Part shown: positions 24,689-37,964 of the stretch, piece after piece | Numbering within the stretch: position 1 is the stretch's first letter | Layout of the letters: each line of letters begins with the position of its first letter | Assembly: GCF_009834535.1 (NCBI RefSeq) | Contig: NC_045697.1 | Span: forward strand, 1,180,001 to 1,244,000 | From: Camelus ferus | Lineage: Eukaryota | Reading direction: 5' to 3' | Length of the DNA: 64,000 bases | The notes under the pieces: model-generated | Database searches by the model: none | Seen by the model: the letters and a program-made list of their open reading frames with translations, nothing else | What the model was told of the DNA's origin: nothing | Program-made: the position numbers and the translations under genes

Positions 24689-25913
24689 GACTGGGAGACA
24701 GTATTTTCAATTTATCTTACAAAGGAATCATATACAGAATATATAAAGAACTCCTACAAGTAAATAAGAAAAAGTCAGTTAACACACATTTTCAAATGGG
24801 CGAAGTCTTTGAAAAATTGGACCAAAAAAGACTATATTCAAAATACCATCAAGTATATGAAAAGGTGCCCATTATTATTACTTATCAGGGAAATGCAAAT
24901 TAAATCCACAATGAGATACAACTACAGACCCATCAGAATAGCTAGAGTGAAAAAGACTGACAGTACCGTGTTGGTGAGAATGTCGCAAATGGGACAGTAA
25001 AATGTTAACCAATTTGAAAAGCTGTTTGGATGTACCCACCACAAGTACTCACATCCTGTAATCCAGCAATTTTACATCCATTCCTGGATATAAAACCAAG
25101 AGACAGAGCTCTCACATCCACCACACATTACGCACATGAATATTCACAGCCACTGTGATCACAGTGCCCACCAGCGAGCGAGGGTGTAAAAGAAGGATGC
25201 ACCTCCCTACAGTAGGTTCTATAAGCAATTTTTAGTAGAATGCACTTCTGCTACTCTCAACCAAGCTGGTGAGTCCCTCAGACAGCATGTGAGCAAAAGG
25301 AGACAGAACCAAAGAGCCCATGCTGTGTGGCTCACATGAAGCGCAGGATCACTGAGGATGGAGTCAGATTAATGGCTGTCTCTGGGGGTACAAACTGGAA
25401 GGGGCAGGAAGGAGCCTTCTGGGTGCTGGAAATATTCTATATCTTGATTTGGATGGAGGTTACACAGGTGTGTACATATGTAAAACTACATCAAGCTCTG
25501 CATGTAAGATTTGCACCAAGCAGAGTCAGGGCAGATGGTGGAGCAGGAATTGAGAGGTGAGACTCCGTCTCCCACCTGGAAAACAAATGCAGGGGCAGAA
25601 TCCTCTAATGTAACCATTTAGGAACTCTGGAGTCTGTTGATGGCTTGCAACTGTGGTTTTGGGAAGCCTTGAATGGTAAATTGCAGTTAATTTCAGTCAA
25701 TTTTGGCTTTTAGCACAGTAGCAGCTACCCACCCCTACCCCCAAGCCATGAGGTAGGAAGCCAGGAGGCAGCCTGGAGCAGCCTGAACACAGCTGGTGGG
25801 AGCCAGGGTGGGCAAAAAAGACCCTGTTCTCCAAATACTGGGGATCTGTGCTCTGATCACTGATTGCTGCTTCTAATAACAGAGATTCAGACAAACAGGC
25901 AGGCAGCCATTCT

Positions 25914-26654
25914 CTTTTTGTGTGTATGTATGTATATATACATATTTTTTTTTTTAAATTGAAGTATAGTCAGTTTATAATGTGTCAATTTCTGGTGTAC
26001 AGCATAATGCTTCAGTCATACATGGATATATATCTATATCTATATATATTTCATATTCTTTTTCACCATAAGTTTCTACAGGATATTGAGTATAGTTCCC
26101 TGTGCTATACAGTATGAAATTGCTGTTTATCTATTTTATATATAGCAGTTAGTATCTGTAAATCTCAAACTCCCAATTTATCCCTTCCCACTCCCTTTAC
26201 CTCCTGGTAACCATAAGTTTATTTTCTGTCTGTGAGCGTTTCTGTTTTATAAATAAATTTGTCTTTTTTTTTTAGACTCAACATATAAAGTGATATCATA
26301 TGGTATTTTTCTTTCTCTTTCTGGCTTACTTCACTTAGAATGACAATCTCCAGGTCCATCCATGTTGCTGCAAATGGCATTATTTTATTATTTTTTATGG
26401 CTGAGTATTATTCCATTATATAAATATACCACAGCTTCTTTATCCAGTCATCTGTCAATGGATATTTAGACTGTTTCCATGTCTTGGCTATTGTAAATAG
26501 TGCTGCTATGAACATTGGGGTGCACGTATCTTTTTGAATTAAGGTTCCCTCTGGATATATGCCAGGGAGTGGAATTACTGGATCATAAGGTAAGCCTATT
26601 TTTAGTCTTTTGAGGAATATCCATACTGTTTTCCATAATGGCTGCACCAAACTA
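25914..26654 (-). mobile_element. Lineage-specific 5'-truncated L1 nested in the 5'UTR of the full-length L1
   Basis: TSD caggcagccattct at 25900-25913 and 26655-26668; poly(T) at about 25946-25955; ORF 26408-26665 LVQPLWKTVW...TCTPMFIAALFTIAKTW. Confidence 0.93.
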
Positions 26655-26933
26655 CAGGCAGCCATTCTTGTTGCACCTTCCGCATTATTGTAGGAAGCTC
26701 CCTCTCCAGCTGAAGTGATTTAAAGGTCTTTTTTAACCCTTCTGCATGTTTCACTTTTTCTCCTTTCAGGAGACAGATGTTAAAGACAAGGACACTAAAA
26801 AATAACTGCACATACATGGGGAAAATTAGAAAGTGACTGAGCATGCCCAGGAAAAGGCTCAGAAAAGACCTGAGAAGAACTTAGGTTTACACTTCATGCT
26901 GGTCTTCAACACAGAGACAAGCTACAATAATTT

Positions 26934-26936
<3 letters not shown>

Positions 26937-26978
<42 letters not shown>
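26937..26978. repeat. (AC)n microsatellite, about 21 units
   Basis: Directly visible. Confidence 0.95.
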
Positions 26979-26983
<5 letters not shown>

Positions 26984-29492
26984 CCAGAAATGATAATACA
27001 CAGAAAGAGCAAACTGTGGGAAAGGGGGAGAATCTGATTTCCAGAGTTACCACATTATTAGATCCTAATGTCCAGTGTTCAACAAAAAATCACAAGGCAT
27101 ACAAAAAACAAAAACAGGAAAGTATGGCCTATGCAAAAGGGAAAAAATCAACAGAAATTGTTACTGAAAAAAAGACCTAATGGTAGATATACAGACAATT
27201 TTAAAATAACTGTCTTACAGATGCTCACAGAACTAAAGGAAGGTGTGAAGAAAGTCAAGAAAACAACGTGTGAACAAAATGGAAATATTATAAAGAGAGA
27301 AAATTTTAAAAAGAAAACAAAAAAATTCTGGAGCTGAAAAGTACAGTAACTGAAATTTAAAAAGTCACTAGAGGGATTCAAAGGCATATTTGAGCAGGCA
27401 GAGGAAAGAATCAGTGAACTTAATAAAGGAAGAATAATGAAAATGATTGAGGCTGAGGAACAGAAAGAAAAAGGATTGATGAAAAGTGAATAGAGCTTAA
27501 GGGACCTGTGGGACACTATCAAGTGGACCAACATACAGATTGTGGGAATCCTAGAAGGAGAAGAGAAAGAAAAGGGCAGCAAGAATATTGAAAGATATAC
27601 TTGCTGAAAACCTCTCAAATTTGATGAAAAAATGTGAATATAAACATCCAAGAAGCTCAAAGAACTTCAAGTAAGATGAACTCAAAGAGACAAACATAAA
27701 AACATATTATCATCAAACTCTGAAGAGACAAAGAGAGAATTTTGAAAGTAGCAAGAGAACAGTGTCATCACATACGAGGGATACTGAGTAAGATTATCAG
27801 CAGATCTCTCACCAGACTTTGAAGCCCAGAGGAGAGTGCGTTAATATATTCAAAGTGCTAAAAGAAAAAACTATCAACCGAAAGTCCTTGTCTGGCAAAA
27901 CTGTCCTCTAAGAGTGAGAGAGAAATTAAGACAATCCCAGATCAACAAAAGCTGAGGGAGATATGACCACTACACTTGCCCTGAAAGAAATGCTCAAGAG
28001 AGACCTGCACGGTGAAATGAAAGGACACAGTACAGTAACCTGAAGCCAAATGAAGAAATAAAGATCTCAATAAAGGTAAATACATGAATTATAAAAGCCA
28101 GTATTATAACAATTTGTAGCTATACTTTTTATTTTCTGTATGATTTAAGAAATAATTGAGTGTAAAAGTGAGTATTTACTGTAACTTTAGTTTGTGACTC
28201 TAAATCTTCTTTTCTACATAATTAAAAAAATTATTAGTTCACATTTTGGAGGACACAATGTATAAGGATGAAATTTTGTGACATCAACAATGGGAAGGGT
28301 TGGGGACAGAGCTGTAAAGAAGCAGAGTTTTTGTGTGTCATTGAAGTTAGGCTGGTATAAATTCAAATTAGACTGTTATAACTTTACAGTGTTAAACGTA
28401 ATCCCCATGATAACAATAAAGAAAACAGCTATAGCACACACACAAAAGGAAATGAAAAAGGAATTTAAACATTTCACCACAAGAAGTCAACTAAACACAA
28501 AGGAAGACAGTAATGCAGGAAATGAAGGACAAAAAGCTGTAAGCTTATAAGGCATATAGAAAAATAGCACAGTAACAAAAGTGAGTCACTTCTTACCACT
28601 AATTAATTAAATATAAATGGATTAATTCTCCACTCAAAAGACAGAGATTGACAGAATGGATAAAAACACATGATCTATCTATATGCTGTCTGCAAAAGAC
28701 TCACTTTAAATCCAAAGATACAAACAGGTTGAAATGGAAAGGATGGAAAAAGATATTTTATTCAAATAGTAACCAAAACTCAGCAGGGGTGGCTATAGTA
28801 ATATCAGACAAAATAGAATTTAAATAAAAAATGGTTACAAGAGACACAGGATGACATATTTTCAATACAGTAAGAAGATACGACAATTATAAACATTTAC
28901 ATACCTAATGACAGACCATCAAAATATATGAAGGAAAACTTACAGAATTGAAAGGAGAAATAGAGAGTTCTACAATAACAGTTGGAGACTTGAATATCCC
29001 ACTCACAATAATGGATAGAATAACCAAGCAGAAGATTAAGTAAGGAAATAGAGGACTTAGACAATGATAAACCAACTAGATCTAACAGACATGTACATAA
29101 CACTCTACCCATCAATAGCATGCACATGGGATATTTTTCTCAAGTGCACATAGGATATTTTCCAGGACAGACTATATGTTAGGCCACTAATTAAGTCTCA
29201 AGAGATTTTAAAAGATAGATATCATACAGAGTATCTTCTCTGACCACAAGAAGTTGAAGTTAGAAATCAATAACAAGAGGAAAACTGGAAAATTACACAA
29301 ATTGTAGAAATTAAACAATACGCTTTTAAACAACCAAGAGATAAAAAAAGAAATGAAAACCAAACTTAGAAAGTACTTAGAGATGAATGAAAACAAAAAC
29401 AAAACCACAACAAACCTGCATACGGGATGCAGCAAAAGCAGTACTAAGGAAAAAATTTATAGCTATAAATGCTTATATTAAAAAACAAGAAA

Positions 29493-29577
29493 CTGAAAAA
29501 TTGTGCTCTACACTGGAAATTGACACAACATTGTAAAATGACCATAACTCAATAAAAAAAAGTTAAAAAAAAAAAAA
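29493..29577 (+). mobile_element. Very short L1 3' tail inserted in ORF2 of the full-length L1
   Basis: tgtgctctacactggaaattgacacaacattgtaaaatgaccataactcAATAAA plus poly(A); host sequence resumes as aagaaagatctg. Confidence 0.8.
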
Positions 29578-32500
29578 GAAAGATCTGAACTCAATAACCT
29601 AATTTTACAATATAGAGCTAGAAAAAGGACAGACTAAAGCCAAAGATAGTAGAGGGAGGAAATAATAAAGATGAAAGCAGAGATAAATGAAATAGAGAAT
29701 AGAAAAACAGTAATGAAAATCAATAAAATTAAAATTTGGTTCTTTGAAAAGATCAGCAAAACTGACAAACCTTCATCTAGGTAGGCTGAGAAAAAAAGAG
29801 AAGGCTCAAATTACTAAAACCAGAAATTTCAGTGAAAATATTACTATCAATTTAAAAGAAATAAAAAGGATTGTCAAACTATGAACAACTGTACACCAGC
29901 AAATTGGATAACCTACATGAAACAAATTTTTAGAAACATAAAACCTACCAAGACTAAATCATGGAGAAACATAAAAACTGAATAGACCTGTAACTAGTAA
30001 GTAGATTGATTCAGTAATCAAAAATCTGCTAACAGAAAAAGCCCTAGACCCAATGGCTTCACTGGTGAATTCTACCAAACATTTAAAGAAGAACTAATCC
30101 AATTCTTTTCAACCTTTTCAAAATAAATGGAGAGGGCAACACTTCCCATCCCATTTTATGAGGCCAGCATTACTCGGATAAAAAAGCCAAACAAACACAC
30201 TACAAGAAGACTACAGATCAATATCCCTTATCAACACTGATGAAAATTCCTTAACAAAATGCTAGCAAGCAGAATCCGGCAGTATATTAAAAGGATTATA
30301 TACCATGCCCAAGTGGGATTTATTCCTGGAATGCAAGGATGGTTCAACATATGAAAATTAATCAGTGTAGTATGCCACATCAACAGAATAGACTGGGGGG
30401 AAAACGCACAATCATCTCAAATGATGTAGAAAAAGCATCTGACAATATTGGACATGCTTTTATTATAAAAACACTCAGCAAACTAGGAATGGAACAAAAC
30501 TACCTCAATATAGTAAAAGTCATAAATGAAACACCCACAGCAAGCATCATACTCAGTGGTAAAAGGAAGGGGTTCCTCTAAACAAGGCAGAAACAGAAAC
30601 AAGGCAAAGATGCTTGCTTTCACCACTTCTATTCAACATGGTATGGAAGTTCTAGCCAGAGCAATTAGGCAAGAAAAATAAATACAAGGCACACAAATTG
30701 GAAAGGAAGAAGTAAAATTATCTCTGTTTGCAGATGACATGATCTTATATGTAGAAAATTCTAAAGATTCCAAAAAAAAAAAAAAAACTGTTAGAACTTT
30801 TTGAACTCAGGAAAATAGCAGGATACCACAGAAATACACAAAAATCAGTTTCACTTCTACACATGAACAATTTGAAAAGGAAATAATAAAAACAATTTCA
30901 TTCACAACAGCATCATAAAGAATAAAATACTTAGAAATTAACCACAGAGGTGAAAGACTTATATGATGAAAACTACAAAACACTGCTGAAAGAAATGTTA
31001 AAAGACATAAATAAATGGAAACACATCTCATGCTCATGGACTGTAAGGCAATATATTAAGATGTCAATATTACTCAAAGTGATCTATAGATTCAGTGCAA
31101 TCCCTATCAAAATCTCAAAGATATTTTTTTTTCAGAAACAGAAAAACCCATCCTAAAATTCATTTAGAATCTCAAGGGACATCAAGTAGTAAAAACAATC
31201 TTGAAAAAGGAGACCAAAACTGCAGGACCTACACTTCCTACTTTCAAAACTTACTACAAAGCTACAGTAATCAAAATAGTGTGGTACTGGCATAAAGACA
31301 GACATACAGACCAAGGGAACAGAATAGACAGCCCAGAAATAAACCTTTGAATATGTGGTCAAATGACTTTTGATGAGGGTGCCAAGACCATTCATTAGGG
31401 AAAGGACAGTCTTTTCAGCAAATGGTGCTGGGAAAACTGAATATTCACATCCAGAAGAATGAAGCTGGGCCCTTACCTAACACCATATACAAAAATTAAC
31501 TCAAAATGGATCAAGGACCTAAATGCAAGACCTAAAATAATAAAACTCTTAGAAGAAAACAGGACAAAAGCTTTACGACATTGGATTTGGCAATGATTTC
31601 CTGGATACAATACCAAAGGCACAGGTAACAAAAGAAAAAATTAAAAAATTGGATTTTATGAAAATCTAAAATTTTTATGCATCAAAATGCACTATCAACA
31701 GAGTAAAAGGGCAAACCACTGAACAGAAGAAAATATTTGAAAATCATTTATCTTGATAAGGGATTAACATCCAGAATATACAGAGATCTGCTGAAATTCA
31801 ACAACAAGAAAAAAAAAACAAACAACCCAATTCAAAAATGGGCAAAGGACCTGGATAGACATCTTTTTCCAAAGAAGATATACAAATGGCCAAAAAACAC
31901 ATTAAAAGATTCTCAATATCACTAATTATTAGTTAAAAGCAAATCAAAACTACAATGAGATACCACTTCACATCCATTAGGATGGCTACTACCAAAAAAA
32001 AAAAAAAACCAGGAAACAGTAAATGTTAGCAAGGATACAGAGAAACTGGAACCCTTGTGCACTGTTGGTGGGAATGTAAAATGGTATACCCGCTGTGGGA
32101 AAAGTATGGTGGTTCCTCAAAAAATTAAAAACAAAATTACCATAAGATTTATCAAATGACTTATAAGTATATATTCAAAAGAACTGAAAGCAGGATTTCA
32201 AAGAGATATTCATAGGCCATATTCACAATAGCTAAAACATAGAAGCAACCCAAGTTGCAGCCATCAACAAATGGATAGATAATAAAAATTTGTTATAAAC
32301 ACACAATGGCTATTCAACATCAAAAAAGGAAGAAAATTCTGCAATATGCTACAACCTAGATGAACCTTGAGGACATTATGCTAAGCGAAATGAGCTGGTC
32401 TCAGACAAATACTGTTTGATTCCACTTACATGAAGCAGAGCAGCCAAAATCATAAAGACAGAAAATAGAATGGCGGTTCCAGAAGCTGGGAGAAGGGGAG

Positions 32501-34180
32501 ATGGGGAGTTATTGCTGAACAGTTATAGAGTTTCCATTTTACAAGACAAAGTACTTATGGGGATGGATGGTGGTGATGGTTGCACAACAATGTGAATGTA
32601 CTTCATACCACTGTTCTGTGTAGTTACAAATGGTTAAGATGTAAATTTTACCTTTAGTGTATTTTATTACAATAAATGAAAAAGATTTGCACTATTCATT
32701 GCATATAATTTCTTTCTCAATTTAAAAAATACATAAAAAGAAAAACAAATCAGTTCCAGGTGGATTATAAACCTCAGTGCAAAGGCTGATGAAAACAGCT
32801 TTCAAACATAACACATGAGAGCACTTCACGAGCTTGAAGTAAGGAAAGGTTTCTTAAACAGGATGCAAGAAGCACCAACCATAAAGAAAATGATTGATAA
32901 ATTGCACTACATTAAAAATTAAGAGCTTCTGTTGATCAGAAGACACCATTAGGAGAGTAAAAAGGTAAGACAGAAAGGGAGAAGGTATGGTAACAGATTT
33001 GTAACCAGAATATATCAAGATGTCCTATAAATCAGTAAGCAAAAGACAAAACTCTCAACATATAAAAACGGGTAAAAATTTTGAGCGATCATTTACCAAA
33101 CAGGAACTCCTAATAGCCAATGATGATATGAAAAACTACTCAACCTCCTTAGTAATCAGGGCGATAGAAACCAATACCACAAAGGGATACCATTATGTCC
33201 TAACCAAAACAGCCCTATTAAGAGTCTGTGAGCCCATGCAGGTGAGGATGCACAATGACAGGGCCCTCCGTACACTTCTGGCAGGTGTGACTTGGAAGGT
33301 AATTCAGTTTGTCTGATGGAGCCGAGCAACACCAAGTGACCCTGCAGCCCACCCTGCCTCAAACCCCAAGAGCACTTGCCCACGGACCCAGGAGGCACGC
33401 TCTGGGTGCAGCATGGGTTGTAATGCCTGCACACTGGAAACAACCCTGATGCCGTCAACAGTGGGATGGGTCGTGCCGCAGAGGACTAAGCGCCCAGCAC
33501 ACGGACTAGAAGCTGAGATGCAGAGGCCAGGTGAGAGCCGGCAGCACAACTATTAATTTACAGTTCCTTCAAAAGGGAAGATGACTATACTGTTTAGGCG
33601 CTGAAGTGGAAAACTGAAGAAAAGCAACAATGTAATGACTACAAAAGTCAGGATGGGGGTTACTTTTAGCAGCAGGAAGAGGGTTCTGACAGGGAAGGGC
33701 ACACAGGGCTTCTGGAAATTCTATGCTTTGATCTAGAGGATGATTATACCAGTTTCCTTTAAAATAACTTAAGGGGTACATTTTAATTCATCTTTTTCAT
33801 GCATTTTTATGCACCCCTCTGTATTTTGTAGTTTTCACGGTTAGAAAGCTTTGATTTTGCTTTTTTTAAAGAACCCAAGAAACCCATGAATTCCCCTCAC
33901 CAGCCACAGCGGGGCAAGTCCTTGCAAGAAGAACCTACGTTTGGAGGTCACTGAGCATCCACTGAACCACACACACATCCACATGGGGGAGCGGCCAGAT
34001 ATGATGCTTGTTTAAACCTTTCCAAAGTGGGGCACTCCCCTGTAGGAGTCAGGGACAGGCGGAACAGTGGCAACATCAGTCCGGGGCAAACGGGGATGCA
34101 AAGGAAAGGGAAGTCACCCTAGAAGTGCCACAGGTGGCAGCTCAGCTAACACATACAAACAGTCTGACACAAGCATGTAC

Positions 34181-34245
34181 CCCAAGAAGTGCTGAAGTCC
34201 TCTCCATTTCTTCTTTGTTCACCCGGATGCCGTGGCTTTCCATCA
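34181..34245 (-). CDS. POLN: POLN coding exon 9 (65 nt)
   Basis: (V)MESHGIRVNKEEMERTSALLG (family A MExxGIxV motif); AG/GT boundaries. Confidence 0.95.
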
Positions 34246-34901
34246 CTGTGAGTCAAAAACCAAAGGAGATGAAATCTGCACTGCATCAACAAATCATTTC
34301 CGTGAAAGACTGCAGCGCCCGGAGCGAGCCTCACTCCCAGTGAGGACCATGACAACTGCCTGCTGCGTGCCGAGCTCAGCACTGTCCAGGAGGGTGAACG
34401 TTCAGGCCCCAGCAATGGTGGCAGTGGGCATGGGGACACTGGGCGAGGCTCTGCGCTCCTGGGTGCCCAGCAGAGCACAGACAGAGGAGAGCCTGTGGCA
34501 GGCCTTCCAGGGGGTTCTCACCAAGCGGGAGGGTTAAAGGCCAGCAGAGCAGGACCAGACAACTGCTGACTGACATAAAGCATCCAGACAGGCCTCCTCC
34601 CTGCACCGCTGCTCTCAGGAGTGCGGGAGACGGGCAGGCGCCCCTGGGCCAGGGCACTGCAGAACAGGCAGCCCAGATGGGATCCCACGTGACCCAGATG
34701 TCAGAACGTTCTAGTCCTTCTTGACCAAGAGGTGATGTGGTCCAACCCCTCTCGTCACAGATGGGGAAGTTAGGGGCTTGATACCTCTTCATTGTCCATA
34801 CAATACACGACCTACCCCAAACTAAGAGAAAACAGTTGTTCCCAAACAGTACAAAGAACTCACTAGAAAGATGACTATAAGTCATCCTTATGGGACCTTA
34901 C

Positions 34902-34962
34902 CTGCCAAAACTGGTATCAGAGGAAGCTCCAGAGTACAAAACAGTGTCCATAAACCATAAAC
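34902..34962 (-). CDS. POLN: POLN coding exon 8 (61 nt)
   Basis: VYGLWTLFCTLELPLIPVLA; donor CAG/GTAAG. Confidence 0.95.
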
Positions 34963-36114
34963 CTGTTTGATAGAAATGATATCACTGTTACTTTTAAGCT
35001 ATTATTTCTACCTGCACTGGCTGAACAGCCTACTTAATTTCACTGAGCTAAAATCAAGGCAACTCCTGTGGCACACATGGTTGGCTTCCCCTGTTCTCCT
35101 TCCTAATAAAACTCCTGTTTCCATCTAATGTCCTATTTTATTACCACACCCAGAGGGAGATATTCAGAAATATCTGTAGGACAAGTCCCCTCCCACTTTC
35201 CTTTAATCTTTCTCACTTTTAAGTGTGATTTAGGTATTTGTGAACTTTGAGTTTCCTGTTTTAATTTCAAAACAAGTTTACTGAATTCTCAAAAATTTAA
35301 CTAGAGTTTTCGCTGATTTTGCATAGACTTTATAAATTATTGTGGGGAGAAGTGAAGGTCACCTCCTCCAGAACCACGCACCACGTCTCCATCTGCTCAG
35401 ACCATCTCCCATGCTCTCTCAGAGTTTCCATCTGAAGGGTCCTTGGTCCCATCTGCTCCTCTGCTGTGCCCTCAGACCCACGCTCTGCCCTGCTCCTGGC
35501 CCTAGAGGAAGGGCTGACGCCCTCCAGGCCGCATGCCTGGGCTCCTTCCCTGCTCTCGGGCTGGTTTTACCCATCTGGGGGCAGGAGGAGACTGAAGTGG
35601 GCTCCCCCTGCCCACCAGCCACAGTGCACTGCCAGCTGTGGTCCTCAGCCTGTAGCCACAGCTTCTGGTGCCTGTCCCTGGAGGCCACTGCATTCTTTGC
35701 TGGCTCTCTTACCCCAGCCCTTGTCTTGGTAGCCAGCCCCTTCACTCAACACTTCTCGATTGTTCCTTCAAATGACCTCTGCTTCCCAGTGAGACTCTGA
35801 GTGGAGATGTGTCCACGTCACTATTAACTGAAATAAACTCTTAGCTTTTATGTTAACTGCAGCATTAGAAATGTTCCAGTTGATCCAGAGTCTTTTTTAA
35901 AATGTTACAATTGTTGTCAATTTATAGAAAACATTTCAAAAACTTCAGGTCTTATCATCTGGACTATCCTTTTATGAGTGTGCGTAGATCAACCTGGCCT
36001 CGGAATTTTCATTTCCTGAGGACGTTGCTTCCCATGAGTCTGGACGTGAGTGAGGGCAGCTCTGGGACAGGGGGCGAGGGCGCAGCTAACTGGGAGTTGT
36101 ACTGAAATGCTTGC

Positions 36115-36183
36115 CTTCAGCTGAGAACAGAGGCCCATCGTGAGTCTGTGGAGCACCCTCAGGTTGGCACATACATTCTGATT
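36115..36183 (-). CDS. POLN: POLN coding exon 7 (69 nt), GC donor
   Basis: NQNVCANLRVLHRLTMGLCSQLK matches POLN NQNVRENLKTLYRLTMDLCSKLK; donor AAG/GCAAGC. Confidence 0.9.
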
Positions 36184-37806
36184 CTTTAAAAGATCAAAAG
36201 AATTAAAAATTAGGCAAATGTAGCAGCAACGTTCATCACAGCCTAGGAAGTGCCAGTGTCCCGCGGCGGGTATCACACAGCAGGTGGCGCCACCAACCAC
36301 CGCAAGTGGGGCGGTTCCCATGCTAGGGAAGGCACCTGTCGGCAAACTCAAGCTGCCTGTTGCTCAACACTTTCTCCCCAACCCAATTCTCCTAACTTTA
36401 CAGGAAATGAACCACAATGAAGCTAAATGTCCAAGACATAAAGATCACAAGGTGGTAGAGCCGGGGGGGGACACAGACCTGGCCTCCTGGCCCACTTCCT
36501 CCACCCAAGCGAGTCTCAGAGCCACAAGCCTCACTCACACTCACTGCCCATCCTCGCCCCAGACGACACAGAGACCCTGGGAGGTGGATAACAGGGTCTG
36601 TGTCTAACTGACAAAGAGCGCAGTGGATGAGCCATGGCCCCGACACTCTGTCTAATTGTCCCTCCCCTGCCCAGAGCCCTGGTGTCCCCCACTGAACACC
36701 TCACTCTGCCAAACGACTCCCCAGACTCCAGGCGGGCCAGATTCAGTGTCAGAGACAACCCCCACCAAGAGCAGGTGCTGGCTGCACACCTTGGGTTTGT
36801 CTTGCAGCCATCCTGGGCTTGGCTCTCCTGGGAACCACTAGCTGGAAGGCACCATGAGACATCCACGTGGCCTTTCTGGCTGTGCCTGGCAGACTGCCAC
36901 TCTGCTGCCTGGAGGCCCTTCTGCATGACAAAGGGGCCATGCGACTCCTACTCTAAACAGTTCCCCAGCTCTGAAGCTTCCCCAGGACAAGCTCAAGCTC
37001 CTTGATGGAGCTCAGACCCTTCGCACCACAGCCCACCACGCTTCCTGTGTATTTCCAACCCCAAACCCCACCTGACACAGCCCCCTCCCCACAGACAGTC
37101 TGTAGGACAAAATGCCCCGAGAGAACAGCCCCCAGCTTAGCACCCAGCACACAAGGCAGGCCCACGTGGCCTCCTGCTCACGCCCCCTCAGCACGCTGCA
37201 TGGCCCTCCAGTCATCAGCTTACAACCAGGAAGCCTGAACAGAGTGGCCCGACAGTGGCCCGCAGTGCTCCCACAGGGAGGCTCCCCTAGGCCTGCTGTG
37301 CGGCCCTGTCAGGTCTCCCCCACTGGGCTCCGGGCAGCGTTCCAGGGCTGCAAGCACCCCTGCTCCTCCAGACAGTGGCTCCTAACAGTCGGTGCATCTC
37401 CAGAAAGAGGGCTTGCAGAGACAGACCTGGGACAGCTTCTACAGTTCTCCCCACGTGGACTGAGGAGTGGCCATCCCAGGCCTGGGCCATGGCAGCCATG
37501 TCACCAGCATGAAGAACTCATGAACAAGCAGCAGGTGACTCTCTGACACCAAAGAATACATTTAGAAGAATCACACTATGAATGGCATCTCCCAGGAACA
37601 ACCTCACAAAGGGACAGAAATTACCTGTCCTCACTCCATATCCTCAACCCGAAATGTCAGGGTTAAAAAGCATTTGTGCCGTATAAGTAAAAACGAATGT
37701 CAGCAATGTTCTTTTTACTACTGGTCAGTCTATGAAGTAGAAAAAGCCCCTAGAGAAAAATCAGGCTTGTATTACGGCTGATAAGCCTTATCTTAAAACA
37801 ACTCAC

Positions 37807-37964
37807 CACAGTGTCTCTTGAGGAATTTCCGTATGTGTTGTTCACTTCAACTGCGACGGAGTTTCCAAAGTGTTTTGCCACTAAATCTTCAAAAGAAGGT
37901 GCAGCATCACTAGGGTCTATAAGCCATGCAGCAATTCTGGGATCTAGCCCTACAAAGTCAGCAA
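37807..37964 (-). CDS. POLN: POLN coding exon 6 (158 nt)
   Basis: (V)[52 protein letters not shown]; acceptor ctatag, donor GTGAGT. Confidence 0.96.

Larger units (their letters stand above)
23800..25516 (+). mobile_element. Old L1 ORF2/3' fragments (host of the full-length L1; similar sequence resumes at about 32693-33800)
   Basis: L1 motifs atcagggaaatgcaaattaaatccacaatgagatac and ctggaaggggcaggaaggagccttctgggtgctggaaat. Confidence 0.8.
25517..32681 (+). mobile_element. Full-length but decayed L1 (5'UTR, ORF1, ORF2, 3'UTR), antisense to POLN
   Basis: TSD aagatttgcac at 25506-25516 and 32682-32692; ORF1-like about 27050-28080; ORF2 EN/RT-like about 28570-32400 (ctgtttgcagatgacatg = FADD); AATAAA at about 32671; many stops and frameshifts. 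Confidence 0.93.

Noticed and set aside
25517..32681. Active L1
   Set aside because: No long ORF1 or ORF2 remains, and there are nested insertions.
34232..37546. Numerous 100-170 aa ORFs in GC-rich intronic sequence (also 43148-44868)
   Set aside because: No homology recognised, mutually overlapping, and no consistent splice structure apart from the POLN exons.
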